Shown piece by piece: positions 20,268-28,772 of a stretch of 49,719 nt of DNA. The stretch lies in the sequence record DRR378314_1276; one strand, 5' to 3'. The notes beneath the pieces are model-generated. The model saw nothing but the letters and a program-made list of their open reading frames with translations. It did not search any database and was not told the DNA's origin. Within the stretch, counting starts at the first letter, position 1. Every line of letters starts with the position of its first letter. The translations under genes were made by a program, and so were the position numbers.

Positions 20268-20493
20268 CGCGGCCTTCGAACGGCACCGGCTCGGCTTGCG
20301 GGTCCTGCTCCAGCAGGATGCGCACCTTCTGCTCCGCCTGGCTGAGCGCCTGCTGGCACTCGCGGGTCAGTTTGACGCCCTGTTCGAACGCCTGCAGGGA
20401 TTCTTCCAGGGTCAACTCACCGGATTCCATTCGTTCCACAAGGGCTTCCAGGCTGTCCAGGGATTGTTCCAGTTGCGGGGTCTTTTTGGCCAT
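20257..20493 (-). CDS. xseB: Exodeoxyribonuclease VII small subunit
   Basis: [43 protein letters not shown]. Confidence 0.97.
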   Translation of the reverse strand: MAKKTPQLEQSLDSLEALVERMESGELTLEESLQAFEQGVKLTRECQQALSQAEQKVRILLEQDPQAEPVPFEGRDDQ

Positions 20494-20587
20494 GTGTGCG
20501 ATAACCTCGGGTGACCTCGTGGGATGGCCGGCGCAACATACTTCAGCACCGCCGGGGGGTCAATTGGGGCGGCCGCCGGCCCTGGCT

Positions 20588-20998
20588 TCAGGCGCCGGGC
20601 GGCCCGTCGTACTTCTTCGCGCCCAGGCCGGTGTCGTACCAACCGGCCCGGTCGGCATAGAAGATGTGATCGTTGGGGGCCAGGTCCGGGGTTTGGTCCA
20701 GTCCGCCGGCGGGCACGATCACGCCGCTGCCATCGCGTTTCTCATGGGGCACCATGCTGCCGCACTGCGTGCAGAACGCCCGGGCGAAGCTTTTCGCCCC
20801 GGGCAGATCGAAACGGCGTACCTGGTCCTCGCCTTTGAGCCATTCCAGCGCGTCCGCCGCGGCGATCAGATTGGCGGCGTGGGCGGTGCCGCTGAAGCGC
20901 TGGCAGCGCGAGCAATGACACAGGTGGAACTGGTGAAACGGGCCGCTGATCCGGTAGCGGACCTGGCCGCACAAACAGCCGCCTTCGTAGGTGGTCAT
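20588..20998 (-). CDS. GFA/CENP-V family protein
   Basis: YEGGCLCGQVRY, CHCSRCQR and FCTQCGS. ATG 20998 with SD AGGAG. Confidence 0.92.
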   Translation of the reverse strand: MTTYEGGCLCGQVRYRISGPFHQFHLCHCSRCQRFSGTAHAANLIAAADALEWLKGEDQVRRFDLPGAKSFARAFCTQCGSMVPHEKRDGSGVIVPAGGLDQTPDLAPNDHIFYADRAGWYDTGLGAKKYDGPPGA

Positions 20999-21024
20999 CG
21001 GCGCAACTCCTGACTCTGGAGGTG

Positions 21025-21038
21025 TGTGAGTGCTCACA
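21025..21038. promoter_or_regulatory. Palindromic operator-like site TGTGAG-TG-CTCACA
   Basis: Inverted repeat 27 bp upstream of the GFA start. Confidence 0.4.
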
Positions 21039-21375
21039 ACGGGTGGTGCCGTAATGAGCAGTTCCGGTTGATTCCAAAAGGGTCTAAACACGCCCTTCCG
21101 CCTCGCCGGGCGCCGTCCTATAGTGAAATGCCCGCCGGGTCGTCGCAAGCGGCTTCTTCCTCTGATCTCCTTAATCTATGGCGTTTCGCTTGCGGAGCCG
21201 GCGGGGCTCTTTCGCCGCTCCGTTTCGGTCTCGCCGCTCGTCCCTTCCCCCGACTTACCATGATTTTACGACCCGACGCTGGCCGTTTTGAGCGGCCCTC
21301 TCCTATGCTGATCCATGTTGAAAGCCATTCCCGGCCGCTGGACGCAGGCCGACTCACTCTGCAAGGAGAGCAGCC

Positions 21376-22233
21376 ATGAGCGACAGATCACATTTCCCTC
21401 CCCAGCATCAAGACGAGCAGCCGGGCGACGAACACCGGATGACGCCGGAGCCGCAGTACATACGTGATGAATATCGCGGCTCCGATAAGCTTCTCGGGAA
21501 GGTGGCATTGATCACCGGCGGCGACAGCGGTATCGGGCGCGCGGTGGCGCTGCATTTCGCCCGCGAGGGCGCGGATTGCGCGCTGGTCTACCTGGAAGAG
21601 GAAACCGACGCACGGGAGACCGCTGATCTGGTCGAAGCGGAAGGCCGCCGTTGCGTGTTGATTCGTGGCGATGTCGGCGATCCCACGTTCTGCCATGAGA
21701 CTGTCGCCCGTACCCTCAATGACCTGGGCGATATTAATATCGTCGTGAATAACGCGGCGGAACAATACGATTGGAAGGAGATCACCGAACTGGAAAACGA
21801 CCAGCTCGAACGCACCTTCCGCACCAATGTGTTCAGCCATTTCTATCTCACCAAGGCGGCGCTGCCGCACCTGCACGAGGGCGACACGATTATCTCCACG
21901 TCCTCGATCAATGCGTTCAAAGGCAACCCCACGCTGCTCGACTACACCGCCACCAAAGGCGCGGTACAGGCGCTGGTGCGTTCGTTCGCGACCGCGCTGA
22001 TCAGCAAGGGCATCCGCGTTAACGCGGTAGCCCCCGGGCCGATCTGGACGCCGCTGATTCCGGCCAGTTTCGATGAAGAGAAGGTCGCCAAGTTCGGCGG
22101 GCAGGTGCCGATGAACCGGGCCGGGCAGCCGTGTGAGGTGGCGCCGGCTTATGTCTATCTGGCGAGCGCCGACAGCTCCTACGTCAGCGGCCAGACCCTG
22201 CACGTCAACGGCGGGGTGATCCTTAACACCTGA
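21376..22233 (+). CDS. SDR family oxidoreductase (YghA/YhdF general stress type)
   Basis: PPQHQDEQPG, TGGDSGIGRA, NNAAEQ, DYTATKGA and VAPGPIWTPL. A sigmaS-like CTATGCT lies at 21303-21309. Confidence 0.95.
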   Translation: MSDRSHFPPQHQDEQPGDEHRMTPEPQYIRDEYRGSDKLLGKVALITGGDSGIGRAVALHFAREGADCALVYLEEETDARETADLVEAEGRRCVLIRGDVGDPTFCHETVARTLNDLGDINIVVNNAAEQYDWKEITELENDQLERTFRTNVFSHFYLTKAALPHLHEGDTIISTSSINAFKGNPTLLDYTATKGAVQALVRSFATALISKGIRVNAVAPGPIWTPLIPASFDEEKVAKFGGQVPMNRAGQPCEVAPAYVYLASADSSYVSGQTLHVNGGVILNT

Positions 22234-22245
22234 GCGGCCCATGGG

Positions 22246-22254
22246 TGCTAGAAT
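22246..22254 (+). promoter_or_regulatory. Extended -10 promoter TGcTAGAAT for dusC
   Basis: TG-n-TAGAAT ends 8 nt before ATG 22263, and no SD is present. Confidence 0.5.
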
Positions 22255-22262
22255 CCGCGCCC

Positions 22263-23225
22263 ATGAAACGGATCCTCGCCCCCATGGAGGGTCTGGCGGA
22301 CTTCTGGGTGCGCCGGGCCCTCACCGATGTCGGCACCTACGACTGGTGTGTCAGCGAGTTCGTGCGCGTCAGCGGCGAGCTGTTGCCGCCCCGTGTCTTC
22401 TACCGCTGGTGCCCGGAGCTGCGCGATGGCGCCCGCACCCGTTCCGGCACCCCGGTGCATCTGCAGTTGCTGGGCTCGGACCCGGTGAGCATGGCGGACA
22501 ACGCCGCCCAGGCGGTGGCACTGGGGGCGCCGGCCATCGACCTCAATTTCGGTTGCCCGGCGAAGATCGTTAACCGCCACGGCGGCGGCGCGATCCTGCT
22601 GGATGAACCGGAGCGGGTGCACGCGGTAACCCGGGCGGTGCGCGCGGCGGTGCCCGGCCACATACCGGTGTCGGTGAAGATGCGGCTCGGCAACGAGGAT
22701 ATGGACCTGGCGCTGGATAACGCCCTGGGCGTGCAGGAGGCCGGCGCCGCCTGGCTCACCGTGCACGGCCGCACCAAGCGGCAGGGTTACCGGCCACCGG
22801 CCTATTGGGACCGGATCGGCGCCATCCGTGAGCGAGTGACCCTGCCGGTGATCGCCAACGGTGAAATATGGACCCTCGAGGACGCCCGCCGCTGCCAGGC
22901 GGAGAGCGGTTGCCAGGATTTGATGCTGGGGCGCGGCGCGGTCGCCAACCCGCTACTGACCCGGGAGGTGGCCGGCGGCGAACCCGCGGGCTGGCCGGAA
23001 GTACTGGCGGTCCTGCGTGATTTCGGCGCCGACATTGTCGGCACCGGCAGTGAGGCGCAGCTGTGTGGCCGGGTCAAGCAATGGCTCAGCTACAGCCGCC
23101 GGCGCTGGCCGCAAGCGGGGCCGCTGATGGAGTCGGTGAAGCGCGAGACGCGGCTGGCGGATCTGCGCGCCATTCTGGAGCGCGAGTCAGGGGGAAACAA
23201 CGACGGCCAGGTTGTATCTTTTTAG
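22263..23225 (+). CDS. dusC: tRNA-dihydrouridine synthase (DusC type)
   Basis: ILAPMEG, VSEFVRV, IDLNFGCPAKIVNRHGGGA, VHGRTK and VIANGEIW. Confidence 0.9.
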   Translation: MKRILAPMEGLADFWVRRALTDVGTYDWCVSEFVRVSGELLPPRVFYRWCPELRDGARTRSGTPVHLQLLGSDPVSMADNAAQAVALGAPAIDLNFGCPAKIVNRHGGGAILLDEPERVHAVTRAVRAAVPGHIPVSVKMRLGNEDMDLALDNALGVQEAGAAWLTVHGRTKRQGYRPPAYWDRIGAIRERVTLPVIANGEIWTLEDARRCQAESGCQDLMLGRGAVANPLLTREVAGGEPAGWPEVLAVLRDFGADIVGTGSEAQLCGRVKQWLSYSRRRWPQAGPLMESVKRETRLADLRAILERESGGNNDGQVVSF

Positions 23226-23243
23226 GCCAAAACCTGCCTTTCC

Positions 23244-23265
23244 AAAGGCCCTTTCGAGGCCTTTT
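23244..23265 (+). terminator. Possible weak intrinsic terminator after dusC
   Basis: aaaggcc-ctttcga-ggcctttt hairpin. Confidence 0.35.
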
Positions 23266-23486
23266 CCAGCCCTCTCGGAGCCCGGTTTGACGCCCGGTTC
23301 CGGACAAGCGTCCGCCGCTGTAAGCCCCGCGATGAGCGCTTCTCCGCCATGCCCTCGGCGTCCCCCGCCGCATGTTTTCATTTTTTTAGGGGGGCCTTTA
23401 ACCTTTTTTCGATCACGACACCGGCATGGTCCGTGCTATCCCTTAAAAGGCGGTTATGTGAACAGGGTTTTGCAGGAGAGCGGAAC

Positions 23487-23807
23487 ATGTACGAGGTACA
23501 CGCTTTTTTCGCCGAGGGTGAGGCGACCAAAGCCATGGAACCGGAATACGAAGCCGGGGAACGCTACGTTCTGATTGTGTTTTGCCGTCGTCCCCGTTAC
23601 AGCGTCCACGACTTTAAACTGGTGGAAGAAGTCGCCGGGCGTTTCGGCTGGGAAGACGTGCAGGTCTCCCACGGGGGGGTGCTGCAGCCGGAATTTCTCA
23701 ACGGCGATCTGTGCGATCTTCAGGACAGTTTTATCGAAGCCCTGCACAAGGGCGGCGCGGTGGTGTCGCTGAACGACTGGCTGATGCGCGCGCTTTACGT
23801 CCGCTGA
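23487..23807 (+). CDS. Hypothetical protein (106 aa)
   Basis: ATG after SD AGGAGAG, plausible globular composition, fills the intergenic gap. No family recognised. Confidence 0.65.
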   Translation: MYEVHAFFAEGEATKAMEPEYEAGERYVLIVFCRRPRYSVHDFKLVEEVAGRFGWEDVQVSHGGVLQPEFLNGDLCDLQDSFIEALHKGGAVVSLNDWLMRALYVR

Positions 23808-23825
23808 ACCCGCTCCAGGCCCTTC

Positions 23826-23867
23826 GACTAAAGTCATACTGTGGCTGAACACACCTTTGTTTACTCT
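23826..23867 (+). promoter_or_regulatory. Putative CrbR/ErdR box (GAC-N4-GTC) and -10 of the actP operon
   Basis: GACTAAAGTC at 23826-23835 and TACTCT at 23862-23867. Matches the inverted repeat I recall for CrbR targets in Pseudomonas. Confidence 0.7.
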
Positions 23868-23929
23868 TGAGCCAGCTGGCCCGTGTCAACGCGGGTCCCG
23901 TGTTTGTCAGTGCGCAAAGGGGTAAACAA

Positions 23930-24187
23930 ATGAGAGAAGAAAACGCCCGTGCCTACTGGGCCGCTAATCTCAAGCTCATCTTCACCTATCTCATCATCTG
24001 GTTCGTAGTGTCCTACGGCTGCGGCATCCTGTTCGTGGATGCACTCAATAACATTCAGTTCTTCGGTTTCAAACTGGGTTTCTGGTTCGCCCAGCAGGGC
24101 TCGATCTACGTGTTCCTGGTGTTGATCTGGATGTACGCCTTCACCATGAACAAGCTCGACCGAAAATTCGACGTCCACGAAGAGTGA
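23930..24187 (+). CDS. DUF4212 / putative solute:sodium symporter small subunit
   Basis: AYWAANL, IWFVVSYG, GFKLGFWFAQQGSIYVF and LDRKFDV. Directly upstream of the symporter. Confidence 0.93.
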   Translation: MREENARAYWAANLKLIFTYLIIWFVVSYGCGILFVDALNNIQFFGFKLGFWFAQQGSIYVFLVLIWMYAFTMNKLDRKFDVHEE

Positions 24188-24218
24188 GCGCCGCGAAAAT
24201 AACAAAGAGGACCAAGAG

Positions 24219-26015
24219 ATGGATGTTCAACTACTAACGTATCTTTTCGTCGGTGGCTCGTTCGCGCTCTATATCGGCATCGCGATCTGGTCGCGGGCGT
24301 CATCCACGAAAGACTTCTACGTCGCCGGCGGCGGTGTATCACCGATCGCCAACGGCGCGGCCACCGCGGCGGACTGGATGTCCGCGGCATCGTTTATTTC
24401 CATGGCGGGTATCATCGCCTTCTCCGGTTACGACGCCTCGGTGTATCTGATGGGGTGGACCGGCGGCTATGTGTTGCTGGCGATGCTGCTGGCGCCCTAC
24501 CTGAGAAAATTCGGCAAGTTCACCGTGCCGGACTTCATCGGTGACCGTTACTATTCCAATGTGGCGCGTACCGTCGCGGTGATCTGCGTGATCTTTATCT
24601 CCTTTACCTATGTGGCCGGCCAGATGCGCGGCGTGGGTATCGTGTTCGCCCGCTTCCTGGAAGTGGACGTGAACATGGGCGTGGTGATCGGCATGGCGAT
24701 CGTGTTCTTCTACGCCGTACTCGGCGGCATGAAGGGGATTACCTACACCCAGGTTGCCCAGTACTGCGTATTGATTTTCGCCTTCCTGGTACCGGCGGTG
24801 TTCCTGTCCATTCTGATGACCGGCCATGTGCTGCCGCAGACCGGCTTCGGCGCCACGGTGCTGGACGCCGCCGGTAACGACACCGGTGTCTACCTGCTCG
24901 AGCGACTGGACGGCATTGTTCAGGATCTCGGCTTCGACGCTTATACCGAAGGTCAGAAGTCCACCATCGATGTGTTCTTCATCGCCGCCGCGCTGATGTG
25001 CGGTACCGCCGGTCTGCCGCACGTTATCGTGCGTTTCTTCACCGTACCCACGGTCCGTGATGCGCGTATCAGTGCCGGCTGGGCGCTGCTGTTTATCGCC
25101 CTGCTGTACACCACCGCTCCGGCGGTCGGCGCCTTCGCCCGTACCAACCTGATCGAAACCGTGCACCAGACCGAGTACGAAGAGCTGCCGGGCTGGTTCT
25201 ATAACTGGGAAAACTCCGGTTTGATCGGCTGGGTGGATAAGAACGACGACGGCCGGGTACAGATGTCCGCCGGCGCTGCCTTCAAGGGCACGCCGACCTT
25301 CGCCGGCGACCGCGACGAAGTGACCGGCTCCCACGGTCAGCGCGTGGTCACCAACGAAGTCACCGATAACGATGCGGAAGTGTATATCGACCGTGACATC
25401 ATCGTGCTGGCGAACCCGGAGATCGGCAATCTGCCGGCCTGGGTGATCGCACTGGTGGCCGCCGGTGGCGTGGCCGCGGCACTGTCGACGGCGGCCGGCC
25501 TGTTGCTGGTGATCTCGTCGGCGGTGTCCCATGACTTGCTGAAGAAAACGCTTAAGCCGGATATTTCCGAGAAACAGGAGCTGCTGGCGGCGCGTCTGGC
25601 CGCGGTGGTGGCGATCCTGATCGCCGGTTACTTCGGTATCAATCCACCGGGCTTCGTGGCGCAGGTGGTGGCGTTCGCCTTCGGTCTCGCCGCGGCCAGC
25701 TTCTTCCCGGTGATTCTGATGGGCATCTTCTACAAGCGCATGAACAAAGAGGGCGCGATCGCGGGTATGGCGGTAGGCCTGGCCTTCACCTTCTCCTACA
25801 TCGTGTACTTCAAGTTCGTGTCGCCGGAGCTGAACAGCGCCGAGAACTGGCTGTTCGGGGTATCACCGGAGGGCATCGGTACCGTCGGTATGGTCCTCAA
25901 CTTTATCGTCGCGTTCGCGGTATCCCGTGTGACCGCGCCGCCGCCGGAGCACATCCAGCATATCGTTGAAGACATCCGCGTACCGCGTGGCGCCGGCGGG
26001 GCTTCCGCCCACTAA
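24219..26015 (+). CDS. actP: Sodium:solute symporter, ActP-like (VC_2705 subfamily), probable acetate/monocarboxylate permease
   Basis: NGAATAADWMSAASFISMAG, LRKFGKFTVPDF, GGMKGITYTQVAQY and GTAGLPHVIVRFFTVP. Confidence 0.88.
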   Translation: MDVQLLTYLFVGGSFALYIGIAIWSRASSTKDFYVAGGGVSPIANGAATAADWMSAASFISMAGIIAFSGYDASVYLMGWTGGYVLLAMLLAPYLRKFGKFTVPDFIGDRYYSNVARTVAVICVIFISFTYVAGQMRGVGIVFARFLEVDVNMGVVIGMAIVFFYAVLGGMKGITYTQVAQYCVLIFAFLVPAVFLSILMTGHVLPQTGFGATVLDAAGNDTGVYLLERLDGIVQDLGFDAYTEGQKSTIDVFFIAAALMCGTAGLPHVIVRFFTVPTVRDARISAGWALLFIALLYTTAPAVGAFARTNLIETVHQTEYEELPGWFYNWENSGLIGWVDKNDDGRVQMSAGAAFKGTPTFAGDRDEVTGSHGQRVVTNEVTDNDAEVYIDRDIIVLANPEIGNLPAWVIALVAAGGVAAALSTAAGLLLVISSAVSHDLLKKTLKPDISEKQELLAARLAAVVAILIAGYFGINPPGFVAQVVAFAFGLAAASFFPVILMGIFYKRMNKEGAIAGMAVGLAFTFSYIVYFKFVSPELNSAENWLFGVSPEGIGTVGMVLNFIVAFAVSRVTAPPPEHIQHIVEDIRVPRGAGGASAH

Positions 26016-26045
26016 CGGCGCTACTACAAACGGAGTAAGCTGAAT

Positions 26046-26075
26046 ATCGGGGCCGCGTATCCGCGCGGCCCCGAT
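26046..26075. other. 12-bp GC-rich stem-loop after actP without a U-tract
   Basis: atcggggccgcg-tatccg-cgcggccccgat. Likely an mRNA stabiliser or partial terminator. Confidence 0.6.
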
Positions 26076-26094
26076 CTCCGTTCAGGACCTGGCC

Positions 26095-27909
26095 ATGATC
26101 GACGTGGACTTTACCCAACTACCGTTTTCATTGCTGGACGAGGAACACCGCCACCGTCTCGAGAACGCCATGGAAATGGCGTACTTCGAAGCCGGTACGG
26201 TGATTATCGAAGCGCGCCATCCGGCGCAGTTTGTTTATCTGGTTCACAAAGGCGCGGTTCTGGAACTGGACCCGACCCTTCCCGCGGAGGCGGGACGGCT
26301 TGGTGTCTACAGTGCCGGTGATCTGTTCGGCGCGCTCAGCGTGCTTAACGGTCGCAGCCGTTACCGGTTTATTACCGAAGAAGAAACTCTGTGTTATCTG
26401 ATACCGGCCGACCTGTTCCAGTCGTTGTGCCAGGATCAGAAAGAATTCGACGATTACTTCCGCCAGCGCCTCGCCAGCAAGAACCAGCTTCTTGCCGAGC
26501 GGCGCGAGGGCGGGGTGACCATGGCGGGCTTTATGCTCGCCAAGGTGCATCAATGCATGCGCCAGCCTTTGATACTCGACAGCGGCGGCACCATCGCCCA
26601 GGCGGTCGCCGCGCTTAACCAGCACAACGCCGACAGCCTGCTGATGGAGCGCGACGGCCATGTCGGTGTGATCACCAAAACCGACCTGCTGCGCGGCCTG
26701 GTCAACGACGGCCTGACCCCGGACTCTCGTGCTCTGGCGCTGGCCAGTTTCGAGCTGGTGACGGTGCCGCCGGATCAGTTTCTGTTCGCCGCCCTGGTCA
26801 GCATGACCCGCCACGAGGTGCAGCGGGTGGTGGTCATGGACGGCCGCCGTCCGGTGGGCGTGGTGGAGCTCACCGATGTGCTCAGCTTCTTCTCCAGTCG
26901 CTCCTACGTGGTGGGGCTGGAAGTGGAGAAGGCGGACAACCTGGAGGCGCTGGCGATGGCCAGCGCCCGTCTGCCGGAACTGATCCAGGCGCTGATGGCG
27001 CAGGGCGTCAAGATGCGCTTCGCCATGGATCTGCTGGCGGCGCTGAACGGACGCATCATCAGCAAGGCGTTCCAGTTCGTGGTGCCGGAGAGCCATCAGG
27101 AGCACGGTTGCCTGCTGGTGCTGGGCAGCGAAGGGCGCGGCGAGCAGATCCTCAAGACCGATCAGGACAACGCCTTGATCGTCGACGACCCGGAGAACTG
27201 GCCCGAGCGCGACGCGCACATGCAGCGCTTCACCGAAACCCTGCTGCGGCTCGGTTACCCCCGTTGTCCGGGCAACATCATGGTGTCCAACCCGGAGTGG
27301 GTGGGCAGCGCCACCGACTGGAAGGCACGCATCGGCCGCTGGGCCAAGCAGGGCGACGACGCCTCGATGATGAACCTGGCGATTCTGCTCGACGCGCACC
27401 CGGCGGCGGGGCGCACCGAGCTGGTCGATGAGCTGCGGCGGGACCTGTTCCGGGTATGCAGCAACAACGATCTGATTCTGTCGCGCTTTGCCCGGCCGCT
27501 GTTGAAGTTCTCCACCCCGCTGAACTGGTTCGGCGCCCTGAAGAAGCCCCAGCAGGGCATCGATATCAAAAAGGGCGGCCTGTTCCCGGTGGTGCACGGG
27601 GTGCGCGCCATGTCCCTGCAGCACCGCGTCGGTGAGACCGGTACCTTCGGCCGGCTCGACAGGCTGGTGGAGGCGGGGCATATGGAGACCGGCTTCGCCG
27701 AGGAGCTGGGCGAGTCCATGGCGCTGTTCGCGGAGCTGCGGCTCAAGCAGCAGCTGGCCCGTCTGGAGGGCAACGACGAAGAGGGCCGCAACAACCAACT
27801 GCTGATACAGGCGCTGTCGCCGTTGGAAAGAGACCTGCTCAGGGAGTCCCTGCAGGTGGTCAATGAGTTCAAGAAGCGCCTGACCCGGCGTTTTCATCTG
27901 GAGTACTAA
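26095..27909 (+). CDS. cNMP-binding / CBS / DUF294 nucleotidyltransferase protein
   Basis: N-terminal cNMP fold (VYLVHKGAV, GDLFG), CBS pair, GSEGRGEQILKTDQDNAL nucleotidyltransferase motif, GYPRCPGNIMVSNPEW and IDIKKGG. Confidence 0.93.
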   Translation: MIDVDFTQLPFSLLDEEHRHRLENAMEMAYFEAGTVIIEARHPAQFVYLVHKGAVLELDPTLPAEAGRLGVYSAGDLFGALSVLNGRSRYRFITEEETLCYLIPADLFQSLCQDQKEFDDYFRQRLASKNQLLAERREGGVTMAGFMLAKVHQCMRQPLILDSGGTIAQAVAALNQHNADSLLMERDGHVGVITKTDLLRGLVNDGLTPDSRALALASFELVTVPPDQFLFAALVSMTRHEVQRVVVMDGRRPVGVVELTDVLSFFSSRSYVVGLEVEKADNLEALAMASARLPELIQALMAQGVKMRFAMDLLAALNGRIISKAFQFVVPESHQEHGCLLVLGSEGRGEQILKTDQDNALIVDDPENWPERDAHMQRFTETLLRLGYPRCPGNIMVSNPEWVGSATDWKARIGRWAKQGDDASMMNLAILLDAHPAAGRTELVDELRRDLFRVCSNNDLILSRFARPLLKFSTPLNWFGALKKPQQGIDIKKGGLFPVVHGVRAMSLQHRVGETGTFGRLDRLVEAGHMETGFAEELGESMALFAELRLKQQLARLEGNDEEGRNNQLLIQALSPLERDLLRESLQVVNEFKKRLTRRFHLEY

Positions 27910-27911
27910 CG

Positions 27912-28508
27912 ATGTTGAAGCGTCTTGTGCAACGGCGGCGCCACGGCAAGGGCCCCTATGGTCATTTGTTCGCGGCGCCACCGGGCGACGAAGTGATGGC
28001 GCTGGATTGCGAGACCACCGGGCTGAACACCCGCACCGCCGAACTGGTCTCGGTGGCCGCGGTACCGGTCAGCGCCGGCCGGGTTCAGGCGGGCGCGGCG
28101 CTGGACCTGCGCATGGCGCGGCCGGCCAGCCTGGACGGCGAGTCGATTTGCATTCACGGTCTGCGCGGTGTGGACTTGCACGACGGCGTGCCGGTGGAAG
28201 AGGGCCTGCGCCACCTGCTCGACTTTATCGGCAACCGGCCGCTGGTGGGCTGGTGTCTGGATTTCGATCTGGGGATTATCAACCGCTATCTGCGCGCCTC
28301 CCTGGGGTTCGACCTGCCCAACCCGGTGATCGAGTTGTCCGATCTGTATCGGCGGCGGCACCATTATCGCAATCCGGAGTCGCTGCCGGACCTGCGTTTC
28401 GAGCGTGTCGCCGGCGAGCTGGGGGTGCCGGTGATCGGCCGGCACAGCGCCCGCGGCGACGCCACCACCGCCGCCTTGATGTACTTGAAGCTGAAAAGCG
28501 AACCATAA
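27912..28508 (+). CDS. DEDDh 3'-5' exonuclease (DnaQ-like)
   Basis: ALDCETTGL, IHGL, FDL and RHSARGDA motifs. Confidence 0.92.
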   Translation: MLKRLVQRRRHGKGPYGHLFAAPPGDEVMALDCETTGLNTRTAELVSVAAVPVSAGRVQAGAALDLRMARPASLDGESICIHGLRGVDLHDGVPVEEGLRHLLDFIGNRPLVGWCLDFDLGIINRYLRASLGFDLPNPVIELSDLYRRRHHYRNPESLPDLRFERVAGELGVPVIGRHSARGDATTAALMYLKLKSEP

Positions 28509-28521
28509 ACGGAGAATAACA

Positions 28522-28743
28522 ATGCAATACCTGCAAGGGGCGCTGTTGGCGCTGGGCCTGCTGCTGGTGCTGGTGGCTTACGGTCAATACATCCGCCGCA
28601 CCGGCGACTGGGGCGGGGTGCTGCGCTTCTGGCGCCGGGGCATGGCGCTGTCGGTCACCGAGTTCAAGATCCAGCGCGCCGGCTTGCTGGTGATGATTCT
28701 GGCGGTGGTGTTGCGTTTCGTGGCGGTGCTGTTTCAGTGGTAA
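28522..28743 (+). CDS. Small two-TM membrane protein
   Basis: SD GGAG, two hydrophobic helices, operonic spacing. Confidence 0.65.
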   Translation: MQYLQGALLALGLLLVLVAYGQYIRRTGDWGGVLRFWRRGMALSVTEFKIQRAGLLVMILAVVLRFVAVLFQW

Positions 28744-28772
28744 AGCCGTGATGATCGGACGGAGGCGCTCTC

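Noticed and set aside
21025-21038. Vector (lacO) contamination
   Set aside because: Only the 14-bp core resembles lacO, and the flanks are not vector-like.
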